A stretch of 64,000 nt of DNA from NCBI GenBank assembly GCA_002269645.1, contig NIVC01002878.1, forward strand, positions 68,313-132,312, written 5' to 3'. Under the pieces are notes generated by a model. It had not been told where the DNA came from. It saw nothing but the letters and a program-made list of their open reading frames with translations, and did no database searches. Made by a program: the position numbers and the translations under genes. Of the stretch, positions 1 to 14,120 are shown piece after piece (the first letter of the stretch is position 1; each line of letters starts with the position of its first letter). Origin of the DNA: Macrostomum lignano. Its lineage: Eukaryota.

Positions 1-556
1 ATCAGTACAAAAACACAATTTTCTACTTGCATAGAATGATAAATTTCAACCACCGTGTTAATATTAGTAACACTTCTTAGAGAAAAATATTTTTAATCTT
101 ATAGAAAACAGTTACAAGATTACAAATTTCTTTTAACATCCTGTTAAGCTTTTCTTCTCTTCCTTACTCTCTTTCTACCGCGTCGTATACTCGTATAGCA
201 GAGTTATAAAAACCCGCTACACGAAGGCCATCACATTATAACTACGCTCGTATGTTAATACCTCTAGCTAGAACATATTGAAATTTGTAGCAGAAAACTA
301 TATCATGCCATGTAGCAGTTATCATTTATAAAGTTATTGGCACTCTGGCATAAATTATGCATAAATTTAACATGCAGATTTCCTAATGTTTCTGAAGTCT
401 ACTGAAGTAAAAATATGTGCACTCACAAAATAGCGAGTATGTTAAATTTAACTCATTTGGCATCTTGCCAAACGCTGTTAGAATTGAAATTAATCATAGT
501 GATCAGATTTCTGCTACATGAATACCTCTAATCATATCCTGTAACTCTAGGCTGCC

Positions 557-1100
557 TATCCCCTTAAATCTATCCCCTACCTACCTCTCCCCTTGCCTAC
601 CTCTCCCCTTGCCTATCTCTCCCCTGCCTACCTCTCCCCTGCCTACCTCTCCCCTGTATATCTCTCCCCTGTCTACCTCTCCCCTGCCTACCTCTCCCCT
701 GTCTATCTCTCCCCTGCCTACCTCTCCCCAGCCTGTCTCTCTCCTGCCTACCTCTCCCCTGCCTACCTCTCCTCAGCCTGTCTCTCTCCTGCCTACCTCT
801 CCCCTGCCTTACCTATACCTTATCTACTTCTTCCCCTTGCCTACCTCTATCCCTGCCTACCTCTCCCCTTGCCTACTTATACCTTATCTACTTCTTCCCT
901 ATCTACCTCTCCCCTGTCTACCTCTCTCATTTCTACCTCTCCCCTGTCTACCTCTCCTGTCTACCTCTCCCCTGTTTACCTCTCCTGTCTACCTCTCCCC
1001 TGTTTACCTCTCCAGTGTCTACCTCTTCTATAACTAGTGTCTACTCCAGTGTCTACTCTCTACATCTCCCCTGTCTACCCCTGACCCCTCTACCCAGTCC
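557..1100. repeat. Pyrimidine-rich minisatellite, ~15-bp unit CCTACCTCTCCCCTG
   Basis: Tandem degenerate copies are visible and explain the SPAYL/LPTSP ORFs. It lies downstream of the splice donor at 1226 (minus), so it is probably intronic. Confidence 0.9.
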
Positions 1101-1226
1101 CCCCTCTATGTCAAGGTTTAGAAAACAAAAACTTTCAGAACATGATCATCCACCATATTTAACAAAGCAATAATTATATTGATTAAATCACTGAGACAGA
1201 ACCAGACAGACCCAAACAGCACTCAC

Positions 1227-2873
1227 CGCCAAACCGATTGTCTGTTGTCGACACTGAACGACTCAAACTGTCTGGAGAAGCTGCAGCCGCCGGTGCTACT
1301 GCTGCGGCAGCGGCGGCAGGACGGCTCCCAGCCGACTGAGTCGAATGGCCATTGGACGCACCGGTAGCTGTTGGTGCAGCAGAGTAGCCAGTGCTACTAT
1401 AAGTAGCATTGCCGCTATTGCCATAGAACGGATGAGAATGTTCGTAGAGTCCGGTTGATGGAATCGGAGGACTTGAGGGCTGATGAGTCTGTTGCTGCTG
1501 CGCTTGCGATGAGGTGGACTGTGGGCTTCTGGGAATAGTAGAAATCACAACAATATTATTAGGTTTTGATAATCCTTAATGTTTTTGATTCAGCTAATAC
1601 CTAACCTTTTATGACTCAGCTAATCCTTAATCTTTTATGACTCATCTAATCCTTAATCCCTTATGACTCAGCTAATCATTGCTCCTTTACGACTCAGCTA
1701 ATCATTGATACTTTACGACTCAGCTAATCCTTAATCTTTTACGACTCAGCTAATCCTTAATCCCTTATGACTCAGCTAATCTTTAATCCCTTATGACTCA
1801 GCTAATCATTGATCCTTTATGACTCAGCTAATCCTTAATCTTTTACGACTCAGCTAATCCTTAATCTCTTATGACTCAGCTAATCATTGATCCTTTATGA
1901 CTCAGCTAATTCTTAATCTTTTACGACTCAGCTAATCCTTAATCTTTTACGACTCAGCTAATCCTTAATCCTTTACGACTCAGCTAATCCTTAATCTTTT
2001 ACGACTCAGCTAATCCTTAATCTTTTACGACTCAGCTAATCCTTAATCTTTTACGACTCAGATAATCCTTAATATTTTACGACTCAGCAAATCCTTAATC
2101 CTTGGTTATTCTGCAGTTTAAATAACATTTGCAAAGTCCTAAATATATTAAATAGCTACTCACGGCATGCGAACCCACACTCCGTCACTGGGATCGCTGG
2201 TCTGTTGTTGGTCCGCCCTCCCACCGCCACCTCCATTGCTGGAACCGCCGCCGCCTATTCCAGACTTGACCGAAGGTAGCGGCCTCCTCTGTTGAGCAAT
2301 TGCCCGTTTAATATCCCGGATATCATTAGCAATGTCAGCTACCACATTCGGGTTTAGCAGTCCTCCCCCTCCTACAGCACCAGAGTAGGATCCACCTGTA
2401 GCTCCACTGTCATCATCAAAATCATTATCGCAGTTTTGATTTTCATCATTATCGTAGGCGGAATATTGTTCAAAACCAGCTGTAGCAGCGCTAGTACTAC
2501 TGCTAGTAGCTGCTGCGCTGGTAGTTGGTTCGGAAGCGTCAAGAGCAATATCGGTTAATTCTGTATGAAACTCTGGTGCACAAGTGTAAGCTGATCCAGC
2601 GCGTTGAGATTGGTTGCTAGGCAACCGACTCGATGATGGGTAGATAACTTCCTCATTGTCATAATTGTATTTGCCATTGCCATTGTCATTTGGTGGTATT
2701 GCATTAAGAGACTCGCTAGATGATGAAGAGTTTGCTAATCGCATGCCAACATAAGCATCTGGTTCTGGTGGTGGTGCTTGAGGAGGCTTTGACTGCTGCT
2801 GCTGACCCTGGTCAGATGAAGCAGCCATAGACAGTAGGTGAGGCTGCAGACTATAGTCATTAGTCAGATCCAT
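1227..2873 (-). CDS. Low-complexity Ser/Gly/Gln/Ala-rich protein of unknown function, partial (exons 2873-2164 and 1528-1227; continues beyond window start)
   Basis: Two GC-rich ORFs join in frame (ATG CC|gtgagt ... cccag|A AGC, phase 2). The second exon ends GGC G|gtgagt. An acceptor ttgcag lies just before the ATG at 2873. No domain recognised. Confidence 0.75.
1585..2100. repeat. Intronic minisatellite, 26-bp unit GACTCAGCTAATCCTTAATCTTTTAC
   Basis: About 19 tandem copies fill the 2163-1529 intron. Confidence 0.95.
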
Positions 2874-4868
2874 TCTGCAATGCAGATCTACTGCACCAGC
2901 ATTTAATAAGCAATTGTTTTATACTTATTGCTTCTATGTTAAAGTATAGAGTGCACAAAGAATGTACACTTATACACACTAATTTTAATTAGCTATATAC
3001 TTGACAGTATTTTTTCTTGATTTTAAATCAATATTTAATTACATGAATTGAGATACAACAGAGAATAGTCAATTTTTAGCTTTAAATTATAGTTGAACCT
3101 AAAATTAAAGATGGTTGCATGTGATCAACTTTCAGATTATAAAAATCAGGATCCTAATTTTTACTCAGAATTGCTAATAAAAAAGCCAATTTTTTTAGAA
3201 AACTCTTATATTCAATATAACTAGAAAATATTTAACTTGGCATTAATATTTTAAGTCCTAAGCAACTCTTATTGAACAAGTTAGAAAATAAAAGAAATGA
3301 AGTCTATTTAGCACTAATTAGATAATAAAGCATCATTAATATATATTATATAATAGCAATATATAATTTTTAATTGGCTTTAATAAGTATAAGCAAAAAA
3401 GTAACGTCTATATCTGAAACATATGAAAATAATATTAATAATAAAAAATTATATTTGTTATAAATGTTGCTATAAAACTATATAGAAACAATTTTTGCAA
3501 AACAACTTTTCTTAAATTCAAAAGGATTTAAATTGTTAGTGATTTGAAATAGAAAGGATTCTAAGAATACAAAAAAAATTAAGAAAATTCCTAAGACAAT
3601 TATATATTGATATTTAACCCTTGTATACTGGGTAATTCTACTGAAAATTTTGCCTTCTGAACTATGGTGCTAGGTTTTATTTAGCTAGGGCCTAGGTTTA
3701 TTTTTTGTATAATATAGATGCTATAGCATCTTGACTTTCAAAATTGCAGTTTTGGTTCCACTGGTTTCTAATTGAGCTTATTCTATCTGTAGTCAGTGAA
3801 GATATTGCATATATATTGTAAAATAGTTAGTTAAAATGATGGAACCTAGAGCATTTAAACAATATTAACAAATACATTATTAAGTGGCTTCCTATCCTTT
3901 TCCTTATCCTATCCCAATTTCTAAATAGACAAACAGTTTTATTGAATAGAAGAAAATGCTTTTTATCTACTCAGCAGAAAAACTATCAGCAGACAATTGA
4001 ACTAAAAAGACCTTGGCAGCAATGCATTGTCATATGGTTATCTAGCTAAAATTTAATGTTGATTATATACAATAACTGTAGCATATTTGGTAAAATAAAT
4101 AATATATTTATTTCTATTTCTCCTTTTATGTATCAACATTGCCAACTAGGCCCAATTAGGCCTAATATACTAGTATATATAATGTTAAATTTATGTCACA
4201 AAGTATCTTGCATTTCTTACAAAGCCAAATTAAAAATTGTTTGCACTACCTTTGTTGTGAAGTCTATGGCCAGTAGTATTAACTAGCAAAGAATAATTAA
4301 GCAAGAGTATCAAAAGCAATAATAGATTCTATTAAAAAGATATATCATTTCTAAACCATTAACTTTCAATGCTTATTAGCATTCTTTGCACTTGCACTTA
4401 AATTTGAAAAGTTTAAAAAGCAACTAGGCCTAGCCCCTAATGTAAATGCATTTCTTGCTTTCAATAATGCCAAATATACTAACCAGTAAGTTGTGAGCTT
4501 TCTTAGTTGGTGCAATGAAGTCCACTTAAATTAGATCATTGCGTTATAACCAAGGACTCTATGCATTTGCACTTGCAGCTACTTAAGAAGCCTAAGTTAG
4601 GCCTAAAATTTGCCTAGCAAAATACTGTTATTATTCTTGCAGTTGCTATTAGGCCTATATGTTATTGACAACCTAATAGCCAGTTAATAGACAAGGATTG
4701 CGAAGCTCCCATGGCTTCTTGGCAGTCATATATTATTGAAACTCTATTTGTACATCCAACAAAATTGCAAGTATAGTCTAATGAGATTTTTTTGAATGCT
4801 TTTTAATAAATTTCAATTTAGCATTCTGAGTAATTTCTATAGATGATTCTGTCACTTGCTCCAACTTT

Positions 4869-5751
4869 CAGTGCTGGGCAAGTTAATCAATTTTTTAACT
4901 TGTTAAAAGTTAAAAAATTAATTCAATTGCTCCAAAAAAAAAACTGTAACTAGCAAAAATTTAACTTCTGAAAAAGTAAAAGTTAAAGTTAATATCCCTA
5001 CCAGAAAAGTGACATTTTTCTGGACATGCATCTGGCACATTTTTTAAATTTCAAGTCGGCGTGGCGCGGCTATGGCCAGGTCGCGGCGTGGTGTGGCGCG
5101 CAGCGGCGCGACGCAGCGCAGGAGGTTGTGCGGCAGTGTGGGAAGTTGCATGGCTGTGCAGGAGGTTGTGCAGCAGTGTGGGAAGTTGCATGGCAGTGCA
5201 GGAGGTTGTGCGGCGGCATGGGAAGTCGCGCGGCGGCGCGACATGGCACAGGATGGTGCAACGCAACAAGGAAATATCTATGCAGTGCGATGCGGAGCAG
5301 CGCAGCAGGAAAGGCAGAATCATTACATGTATATAACAATAATTTCTAGTAGTCTTTGGGTAGAATATCAATAGATAATAGTTGAAGATTCCAGAATCTT
5401 CGGGAATATTCTATACATTATAACTTGTAACTGAATTACCAGGTAATATACATGTAATAGTTTGTGACGCATTAAATAATGCTTAGAAAAGTGAAGTTAT
5501 TTTATGTATATATTAATTTTACTTTTTAATGGCATACAAGCTGTTGAAACTCCCAGATTTTGAACCCAGGGAACTCTATTTCCTGGAATTATTAACTTTT
5601 GTTGTTTAACTTTAACATACAAAAAAATTACCGATTTTTTTAACTAGTTAATACATAAAAAATTTAATGAAAATTTAACGATTTTAAAAAAAATTAACTA
5701 GGCCTAGTTAATTAACTAGTTAAACAATTAACTAGTTAACACCCAGCACTG
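4869..5751. mobile_element. Non-autonomous hAT-like element (883 bp) with GC-rich internal ~40-bp repeats
   Basis: TIR CAGTGCTGGG...CCCAGCACTG. Perfect 8-bp TSD CCAACTTT at 4861-4868 and 5752-5759. CAG termini plus an 8-bp TSD are typical of hAT. Confidence 0.85.
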
Positions 5752-8700
5752 CCAACTTTATAGGGCCTACCTTAGCAGTGGTTATAATGCTTCAACCTCA
5801 CTTTCTATTAACTTGCCCATCTTTTATAATCTACATGGCTTGGCTAGGCTTAGCTATATACATAATATTCATCTATAGACATGCTTACAACAGTCAACAA
5901 TTAGGCACTGAGGGAAGTGACTTCATTTGCAAAGATGAAGAGCACACTCATACTCTTCCTAGGCCTAGTCTACCCAAAAAAGAGAATGGGAGTAATAAAT
6001 ATAGATTATAGGGCTAAAATATAGCTAAAATATATTTATAGACTTAGGCCTAGTAGGTCCTAAGCGAAGTATCATTTGCAAAGCTATCTGGGATAGGGGC
6101 CTAAACAAACACGGCTAAGTGCCATTCAGCCTAGGCCTACTTAGTTTTTCTTAGTTTTAGGAATCATGCAGTGCATTGCATTGAAAAAGTTTTGAATATT
6201 TTTAAATTGGCAAAAATTAAATAGGCCTAAAACATCAAGATTTACATGCGACATTTATAACTCCTAATCTATTGATCCCTTTCTAAGTTAACTAGCTAGA
6301 CCTAAACAATGGTTTTAGGACTATTTTATTTTTAAGTCAGTAAAATAAACTATCTGAATAAAATTATTTTTAAAGGCACAAAAAGTTTAAATTATTCATA
6401 TCATTTTATTACATTAGCCAGGCCTAGTTAAAAAAAATAATTACAGATGCCTGAATTCTTGAATAATTGAATTGAATGCTTGAGCTTGAACCTCAATAGC
6501 AAAAAAAATCTTGTATTTTTAAACCAAATGGATTTAATTTTTCTAAGAATACCCCTAATCAAATACAAAACATTTTATGCTATGAATTTTTTACTGACTA
6601 AATAATTCTAGACTTGTGTTTTTTGCACTTAACTTATTGTTGCGCATATGCGTAACTTACTCAGCTTTTGTTATTTTTGCTTTTGCTCCTATATATAACA
6701 AATATTAAATTCGCGCAAATTTAAGTTTATTAGTTTCGTAGAAAATATTCATTTTTAAGCAACAACAGCCTACTACAGCCAAGCCAAGGGCCGCCAAGCC
6801 AAAGCCAACAACAACGATTTTTAGTTCTTTCAGTCCGCTCACTGTCCATTGTCTTTGTATGAACTCAAAATTACTATAGAAATATTGCCCACTTTTTTGA
6901 ACAAATGTTAGCCATAGTTGCTACTTGTTAGTCTCAAAGTCAAAGTTTCACAAAAACATTGACATTGATGTATAATTTTTTTGTAAACTCAAGTCAAAGT
7001 TCTAGTTTTTTATTCTTTGATTCTTTGACATAGTTTCTTTCTTTCTTTATTTCTTTAACATAGGTTCTTTGACAATTTTTTTTATTCTTTGACATATGCA
7101 GACTTACTCAGTCAGTGACTTAGTGCTAGGCCTAACACAACAGGGGTAGGCCTATCCAACCCTAGCATTAGTTTAACCAACCCTAGCCATAGTTTAGAAG
7201 AAAATTTATAAAATCTAGAGATTCTAGTCAATCTAGCGACAGGACAATCCAGCAAGAGATTGATGATTTTAACTTTATAATTATAATTATTTAAAATTGT
7301 AATTTATAGTTTTTAATAATCATTATATTATTTTTTAATAGAATAAATGTATATACTAAAGTTCCACATATTGAAGTTTATTGGGTTCGTGTGCGCTGCA
7401 ACAAATCCTTTGTAATTTTTGTAACTAGGCCTATGCGCAATGCGCCAAAAAATTTATGTATTTTTTTATATATAATTTTATGTGTGTTTTAATTTTTTGC
7501 TTTTAGTTTAAAAAAACAGTGATTGTTGTAATATTTTTTCAGGTACACATGTAATGTTACCATAATTTAAAAAAACCTTTTCATGTCATTTTTAATTTTA
7601 AAAGGCAACTTTGTCATTGTGTTTTATCTTTTACATATGAACTAAAAAGTTAATACAGTATAGACTATATAGACTACACTAGGTAAGATGCTTTGTGCAT
7701 TGTATATACACATATGGCGCATAAATCACAATAAATTTTCTTCTGTGCCATTTGCTCTGTGTGCGCCAAAAAATCCTCTGTGTTTTGCATGAAATCTATC
7801 ACCTTCTTGACTGTGGTGCATTATAGGCCTAGCTTCATAGAAATATTAATTGGAACTGGATAGATAGCTGTAACAACTGTTACATATATAAAAAATCATA
7901 GTACTATTATAATATTAAAATATTTGATATGATATACTAAATTATATTAGAAGTATAGCCATAATGTTCAATATTTCTTTTTATTACAAAGATACTATCC
8001 TAGTATGAATTCTCTATATAAGCCTATATAAAATTAAAACTCATGTTAAATTTTGTTTGTATCTTAAGTCTATATAAAATTATAATATAAAATATATTGC
8101 TGGATTGTCTATTTCCATTACCCATATTGACTATTGCCAGATCATCTATTGCCAGATTGTCTTGTTGCTGTTTTGATTGTCACTGGATTGTCTATTGCAA
8201 AATCCTCTTATAGCCAGATTGACTAAAAGCCATAAGTACATTAGGATTTCCTGATTTACAACAAGGATATTTCCTAATTTTCAACCTATATCCACATATA
8301 TTTTGGCATATTGCATATATGATGCAGTGGACACATTGTGTCAATGACAATTTTTTGGTTTCAATGTATAAACAAAGTCTCATAATTTTTTCTAGCATTA
8401 GACGTGGGGTATACTAATAGGTCCACAATCTGAAGAATGGGTAACCAGTCTTTTTGGTTACAATTATCAATTGTTTTGCTATCCATATATCTATATACAT
8501 ATGTACAGGCCTAATACCTAATATGCTATAGGCCTAATATCTATTGTTTATGGAATAAAAAAGTCAAAGGTAAATAGATACAAAAACACCAATAAATATT
8601 TGCTATATGATATATGACTTATCTGGACAAAAATTTCCGGACTTTTCATCCAGATAACAAAACTCTTGGTTAGGATACTTACCGCACTGTTTTTTCAATG

Positions 8701-10338
8701 CATATATGACCTTCTTCGATTTTTTGCTTAGATCAACCCTGGATTTTAGAAAGCTGTCCATGAGAGCTAATGTGGTCACTGAATTTCCAGTTGCAACTGT
8801 ACCTGACTAAATTTTATCTGCAATGTCTGAAATTAAGTGTCTGAAATTTTCCTGTGTGCAAATACAAACTCTCTAATTAGCATTTGATCAATTTTGACAA
8901 TTTTCCTATTACTTGTTTATTTCCTTGTTTTTTAATAAATAATATCATTACACTTCTGTTAGCATCAAATATATATCAACAACAACAAATAATAACATTC
9001 TTTCCCTTTTTGTCAACTAAAATGCACTAAAGAATTGCTACAATTTATTCATTTGAATTAACAGAATTTATCCGTAGGAGCAAAGCAGCAGATTATGCTG
9101 CATTATCCTTAGGAAAACTAAATTAATGTGAAAATCGGCACGATATAGCTGGATACATTTCCAGACTTATGTCTGGATTCAATGCACATATCCGGATGTT
9201 TCGTCTAGATACAGAACTACAATATCCGAACAAAGCATCCAGATATGTAAAGTTGGCGTCACTTATCCAAAGAAATGACCAGATATTCTCCCATTGAACA
9301 GATGCAGAGAATATCTGGCCGAACTAAAAAAAATCCAAACTGAAATCCTGCCCTATTTTTCAGCGGGCAGAGCAAAAGTTGTAAGAGAAGCAGCATGCGT
9401 TTAAGGTCTTTCAAGAGCAGAGTATATTTTGCCATTTCATATGGTTCGAGATTCGAGCAAAGAATGTTTTATCTCTTATAGTTTTTGTTCCACACTATTC
9501 ATTATTTATATGCACATTACATCGAGAATGTTCTAGAATGTTGCAAAAACAAGCAAAAATAGAATATTTTGGAATGTACGTGTAAAAGAACTTTCCTAAC
9601 AATCAGATAATGTTGGTTTTATTACAATAAAACAATAAAAAATAGAATTGTTAAGCCTAAGCTACTCTTAGTGACAAAGGTCTCTAAAGGTCAAAGTGAC
9701 TATACTAGGTCTATGCCTATGGCCTATATATTTTTTATTAAAAGGTTAACTTTTTGGCATTCTGATTTTAGCTACATAAAATAATTAGGTATAATATACC
9801 AAAAACACATACTAAAAGGTTGATTAGTTGTGTATAAATTAGAGTTAGTATTATAGTATCATGTTGCATTATGTTATTATAGGCCTAGCTAGATATTTCA
9901 AAACTAAGTTTGAAATTTATATTTTTAAGATCATATACTTATTTGCTCTATTAGACTATTTTTTGTATATTGCAGTTAAGTGTTAGCAATGTACCTTAAT
10001 TCTGGATATTTGATTCTACCTTATTATTATTATACTAGAGCATCTCTTTTTTATTTTATATAGCTATAATTATGTGCTACTATAAAGCATATAAAGCATA
10101 AAAAGCATAAGCATAAAAAGCATATAAAGCATATAAAGTGCTACTATAAAGCATTATATATATATATTATTTCTTTATAAGTATATTGCCTAAGCCTAGG
10201 CCTAGAGAACTTTTTATCATCTAAGCAAACTAAAAAACTAGTGTTACATTTTTTAAATTCCAGTTCTGCCATTGGTTCGACTTGATTAAAGTTAACTACT
10301 TTGGTTTAGTTATTTAGTTGAAGACTCCAGTTGTTTGC

Positions 10339-13300
10339 ATGGCTGACGGTGCAGAGAGCCTGGCCTCTTCTGTCCAGCAGCTGCAGCTTGTAGAGGACGC
10401 ACCTCTGGATCAGCCATCCTTGGTCGATTGGTCAAAATTCTCGTTGCGTAATGCTGAACTGTTGCGCACAGTTGGCACCGGCACCTTCGGCCGTGTCATG
10501 GTCATCCGAGAGAAAAACACTGATGAATATTTTGCGCTGAAAATTCTAGTTATTGACGATGTGATGCGATTGAAGCAGGTGGAGCATGTCAAGAATGAGA
10601 AAGCTATATTGAACACCGTGAGTCACCCATTCCTAGTGAAGCTGTACTGGACCAATCACGACATTAAGTTTCTCTACATGGTGTTCGAGTTTGTCTGCGG
10701 CGGTGAGATATTCTCCTATTTAAGAACATCGGGTACTTTTTCTAATGCTGCCACACTATTCTATGCTGCGGAGATTCTGTCAGCTATCATGTACCTGCAC
10801 GACATGTCAGTTGTGTATCGGGATCTGAAGCCCGAGAATCTGCTGCTTGATGCTCGGGGTCATTTGAAGATCACGGACTTTGGTTTCGCTAAAGTGCTGA
10901 AGGATAGGACTTATACTATGTGCGGCACGCCCGAGTATCTGGGTGAGTTCTGGTAGCCTATTTTTTTGAGTTTCCATCCCAAATCCCCGATCTCCCATTT
11001 TCTCTCAGTTTTAACCGGGGGGGGGTTGATTCTGAAGCAGGAGACTTCAAAGTACAAGCTTTTTGTTTTGCGTTAAATATTTAGCAAAATTTTTTCGGTG
11101 ACTAAGCCGGAGAATCGGCCTTGGTGTCGGCTACTGCAGTAGATGCAATTTGATCTAAGGAATGAAATTTTGAATAAGGGTGAAAATTTTTTGTTGAAAA
11201 GGAGTGACATTTTGCAGCTAAAAAGGGGTGAGATTTTAGAGTCGAGGGGCTGAGATTGTAGAGTCGAGTGGCTGAGATTGTAGAGTCGAGGGGCTGAGAT
11301 TGTAGAGTCGAGGGGCTGAGATTGTAGAGTCGAGGGGGTGAGATTTTAGAGTCCAGGGGCTGAGATTTTAGAGTCCAGGGGCTGAGATTGTAGAGTCGAG
11401 GGGCTGAGATTTTAGAGTCGAGGGGCTGAGATTTTAGAGTCGAGGGGCTGATATTTGAGAATCGATGGGTGAGAGTTGAGAATTGAAGGTGTGAAATTTG
11501 AGAGTCAAGGGGTGAGATTTTAGAGTTGAGGGTGAGATTTTAGAGTCAAGGGGTGAGATTTTAGAGTTGAAGGTAGATTTTAGAGTCGAGGGGTGATATT
11601 TTAGAGTCGAGGGGTGAGATTTTAGAGTTGAGGGTAGATTTTAGAGTCGAGGGGTGAGATTTTAGAGTCGAGGGGTGAGATTTTAGAGTTGAGGGTAGAT
11701 TTTAGAGTCGAGGGGTGAGATTTTAGAGTCGAGGGGTGAGATTTTAGAGTTGAGGGTAGATTTTAGAGTCGAGGGGTGAGATTTTAGAGTTGAGAATTGA
11801 AGGTGTGAAATTTGAGAGTCGAGGGGTGAGATTTTAGAGTTGAGAATTGAAGGTGTGAAATTTGAGAGTCGAGGGGTGAGATTTTAGAGTTGAGGGTAGA
11901 TTTTAGAGTCGAGGGGTGAGATTTTAGAGTTGAGAATTGAAGGTGTGAAATTTGAGAGTCGAGGGGTGAGATTTTAGAGTTGAGAATTGAAGGTGTTAAA
12001 TTTGAGAGTCGAGGGGTGAGATTTTAGAGTCGAGGGGTGAGATTTTAGAGTTGAGGGTAGATTTTAGAGTCGAGGGGTGAGATTTTAGAGTCGAGGGGTG
12101 AGATTTTAGAGTTGAGGGTAGATTTTAGAGTCGAGGGGTGAGATTTTAGAGTTGAGGGTAGATTTTAGAGTCGAGGGGTGAGATTTTAGAGTTGAGAATT
12201 GAAGGTGTGAAATTTGAGAGTCGAGGGGTGAGATTTTAGAGTTGAGGGGTGAGATTTTAGAGTTGAGGGTAGATTTTAGAGTCGAGGGGTGAGATTTTAG
12301 AGTCGAGGGGTGAGATTTTAGAGTTGAGGGTAGATTTTAGAGTCGAGGGGTGAGATTTTAGAGTTGAGGGTAGATTTTAGAGTCGAGGGGTGAGATTTTA
12401 GAGTTGAGAATTGAAGGTGTGAAATTTGAGAGTCGAGGGGTGAGATTTTAGAGTTGAGGGGTGAGATTTTAGTAGCCTAAAGCGGTGAGATTTTGAAATG
12501 AATTAAAATAAAATGGTAGTTAAAATTTCAGGCAAAAAGTTGAACCATGATTAAAACTATTCAACTAAAAGACTGCCAGAATAATATTTCAGCAGGAGAA
12601 AATGCGCTGTATATTGTATGCGATGTACTTTAGAGAGTACATTGAGAACAAACTGAGATATATTGAGATTGGGAAATTAGTCAGCTGTTTCTAATCACAG
12701 AATTCCAGGTAGTTGCCTTCATTCGGGGCTATCTAAGGTCAATTTGAGCTGGAATTCTTTAAGGTCAATGTTTAATTCTGCGCGAGTGTCACAGAGCATT
12801 GCTAGTGAAAATGGTTAGGCTTATAAAATTGTCTTGTATCTGTCCCTAGGTTTCTCGTGCATTTTTAACGTAATTTATTTGGTGTAAAATATTAAAACCC
12901 CCTAGTTTAAATTGGCTTATCTAAATAGGGCACTCATTGCGCTCAATGGAAAAATGTAATTGCGTAAATGACCGGTCATGAAGGTCATGCGAAGGACATT
13001 GGTCATATAAAATAAGTCAGTTCTTTTGTTTATGCAGTGACTGATCATAAAATTGGTCATCTAGAGTTGCAATCACGGATCAAAAATTGGTCATGTGGAT
13101 GCAATGACCGATCATAAAATTGGTCAGATGGATGCAATGACCGATCATAAAAGTGCTCATGTGGATGCAATGATCGATCATAAAATTGGTCAGATGGATG
13201 CAATGACCGATCATAAAATTGGTCATAGAGTTGCGATGACCAATCATACCATAAGCCGCTATCACCCACCAAGCACCCCTCAAAATGACTGTCTTCGCAG

Positions 13301-14120
13301 CGCCCGAGATCATCATGGGCAAGGGCTACAATCGCGCAGTTGACTACTGGGCTCTCGGTGTTCTCATCTACGAGATGCTGGTTGGAACTCCGCCATTTTA
13401 CGACGACAGTCCCATGCAGATCTATCAGAAAATTCTCAATGGCCGATTTGAGTTTCCCGTCTCGGCTCAAGCAGATCCTCAGGTTGGTATGATTTCCCAT
13501 TTTTTAAAACAGTTTTCATTCTGGTTTTATAAGTGATTTACAACAATGTTTTTCATACTCGTAGTTAGGAAGTCATTAATAATTCAAGTTGATTCTATCT
13601 AGAAAACGTTTGCTTTTTACCTACTAATGTGTACCTACTATTTTTTTAAATTTTGTCTACTCTAAGTAGACAAAAGTAGACTTATAATTTTTTTTAAAGA
13701 TTTATTTTAAAAAAGCGGTAACTTGTCTATTTAGTCTACTGTAAGTAAAAATAGAAACATTTTTAGAAAATTGTTTTTTTCAAAAACGGTAACTTGTCTT
13801 TTTAGTCTACTGTAAGTAGAAATATAAACATTTAACTGCTATTTACATCGCAGGCCCGCGATCTAGTCCGCAAACTGCTAGTCCAAGACCGAACTAAACG
13901 CCTTGGCAACATGAAAAGCGGCGCCGAGGACGTCCGCTCTCATCGCTGGTTCCGCGGCCTCGACTGGGACCAGGTCTATTCGAGGAAACTGGCGCCGCCC
14001 ATCGTGCCGCAGGTGCAGCACCCGGGCGACACTAGCTGCTACGACAAGTACGAGGAGCAGGACTGGAAACGGGTGCCCTCGTCCAGCGCCATCGGCCAGG
14101 AGTATTTTCGTGACTTCTAA
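10339..14120 (+). CDS. PRKX: cAMP-dependent protein kinase catalytic subunit, PRKX type, ~350 aa (exons 10339-10942, 13301-13482, 13854-14120)
   Basis: Motifs [28 protein letters not shown]|[16 protein letters not shown] and C-terminal FxxF (FRDF). Splice sites G|gtgagt, gcag|CG, CAG|gttggt and cag|GCC are phase-consistent. GTGTFG and GNMK favour PRKX over PKA-C. Confidence 0.92.
11225..12475. repeat. Intronic minisatellite, 21-bp unit GAGATTTTAGAGTCGAGGGGT with 19-bp and longer variants
   Basis: Long tandem array in kinase intron 1. Confidence 0.95.
13040..13235. repeat. 33-bp tandem repeat GATCATAAAATTGGTCAGATGGATGCAATGACC
   Basis: About 5 copies just upstream of the exon 2 acceptor. Confidence 0.9.

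Noticed and set aside
593-1037. Two ~145-aa ORFs (SPAYL / LPTSP repeats)
   Set aside because: Translations of a stop-free 15-bp minisatellite.
5026-5374. Six overlapping ORFs on both strands
   Set aside because: GC-rich repeat inside a MITE, open in all frames simply for lack of stops.
8620-9370. Scattered TCCAGATA/TATCTGGA inverted motifs suggesting an old element
   Set aside because: Could not define TIR pair or TSD.
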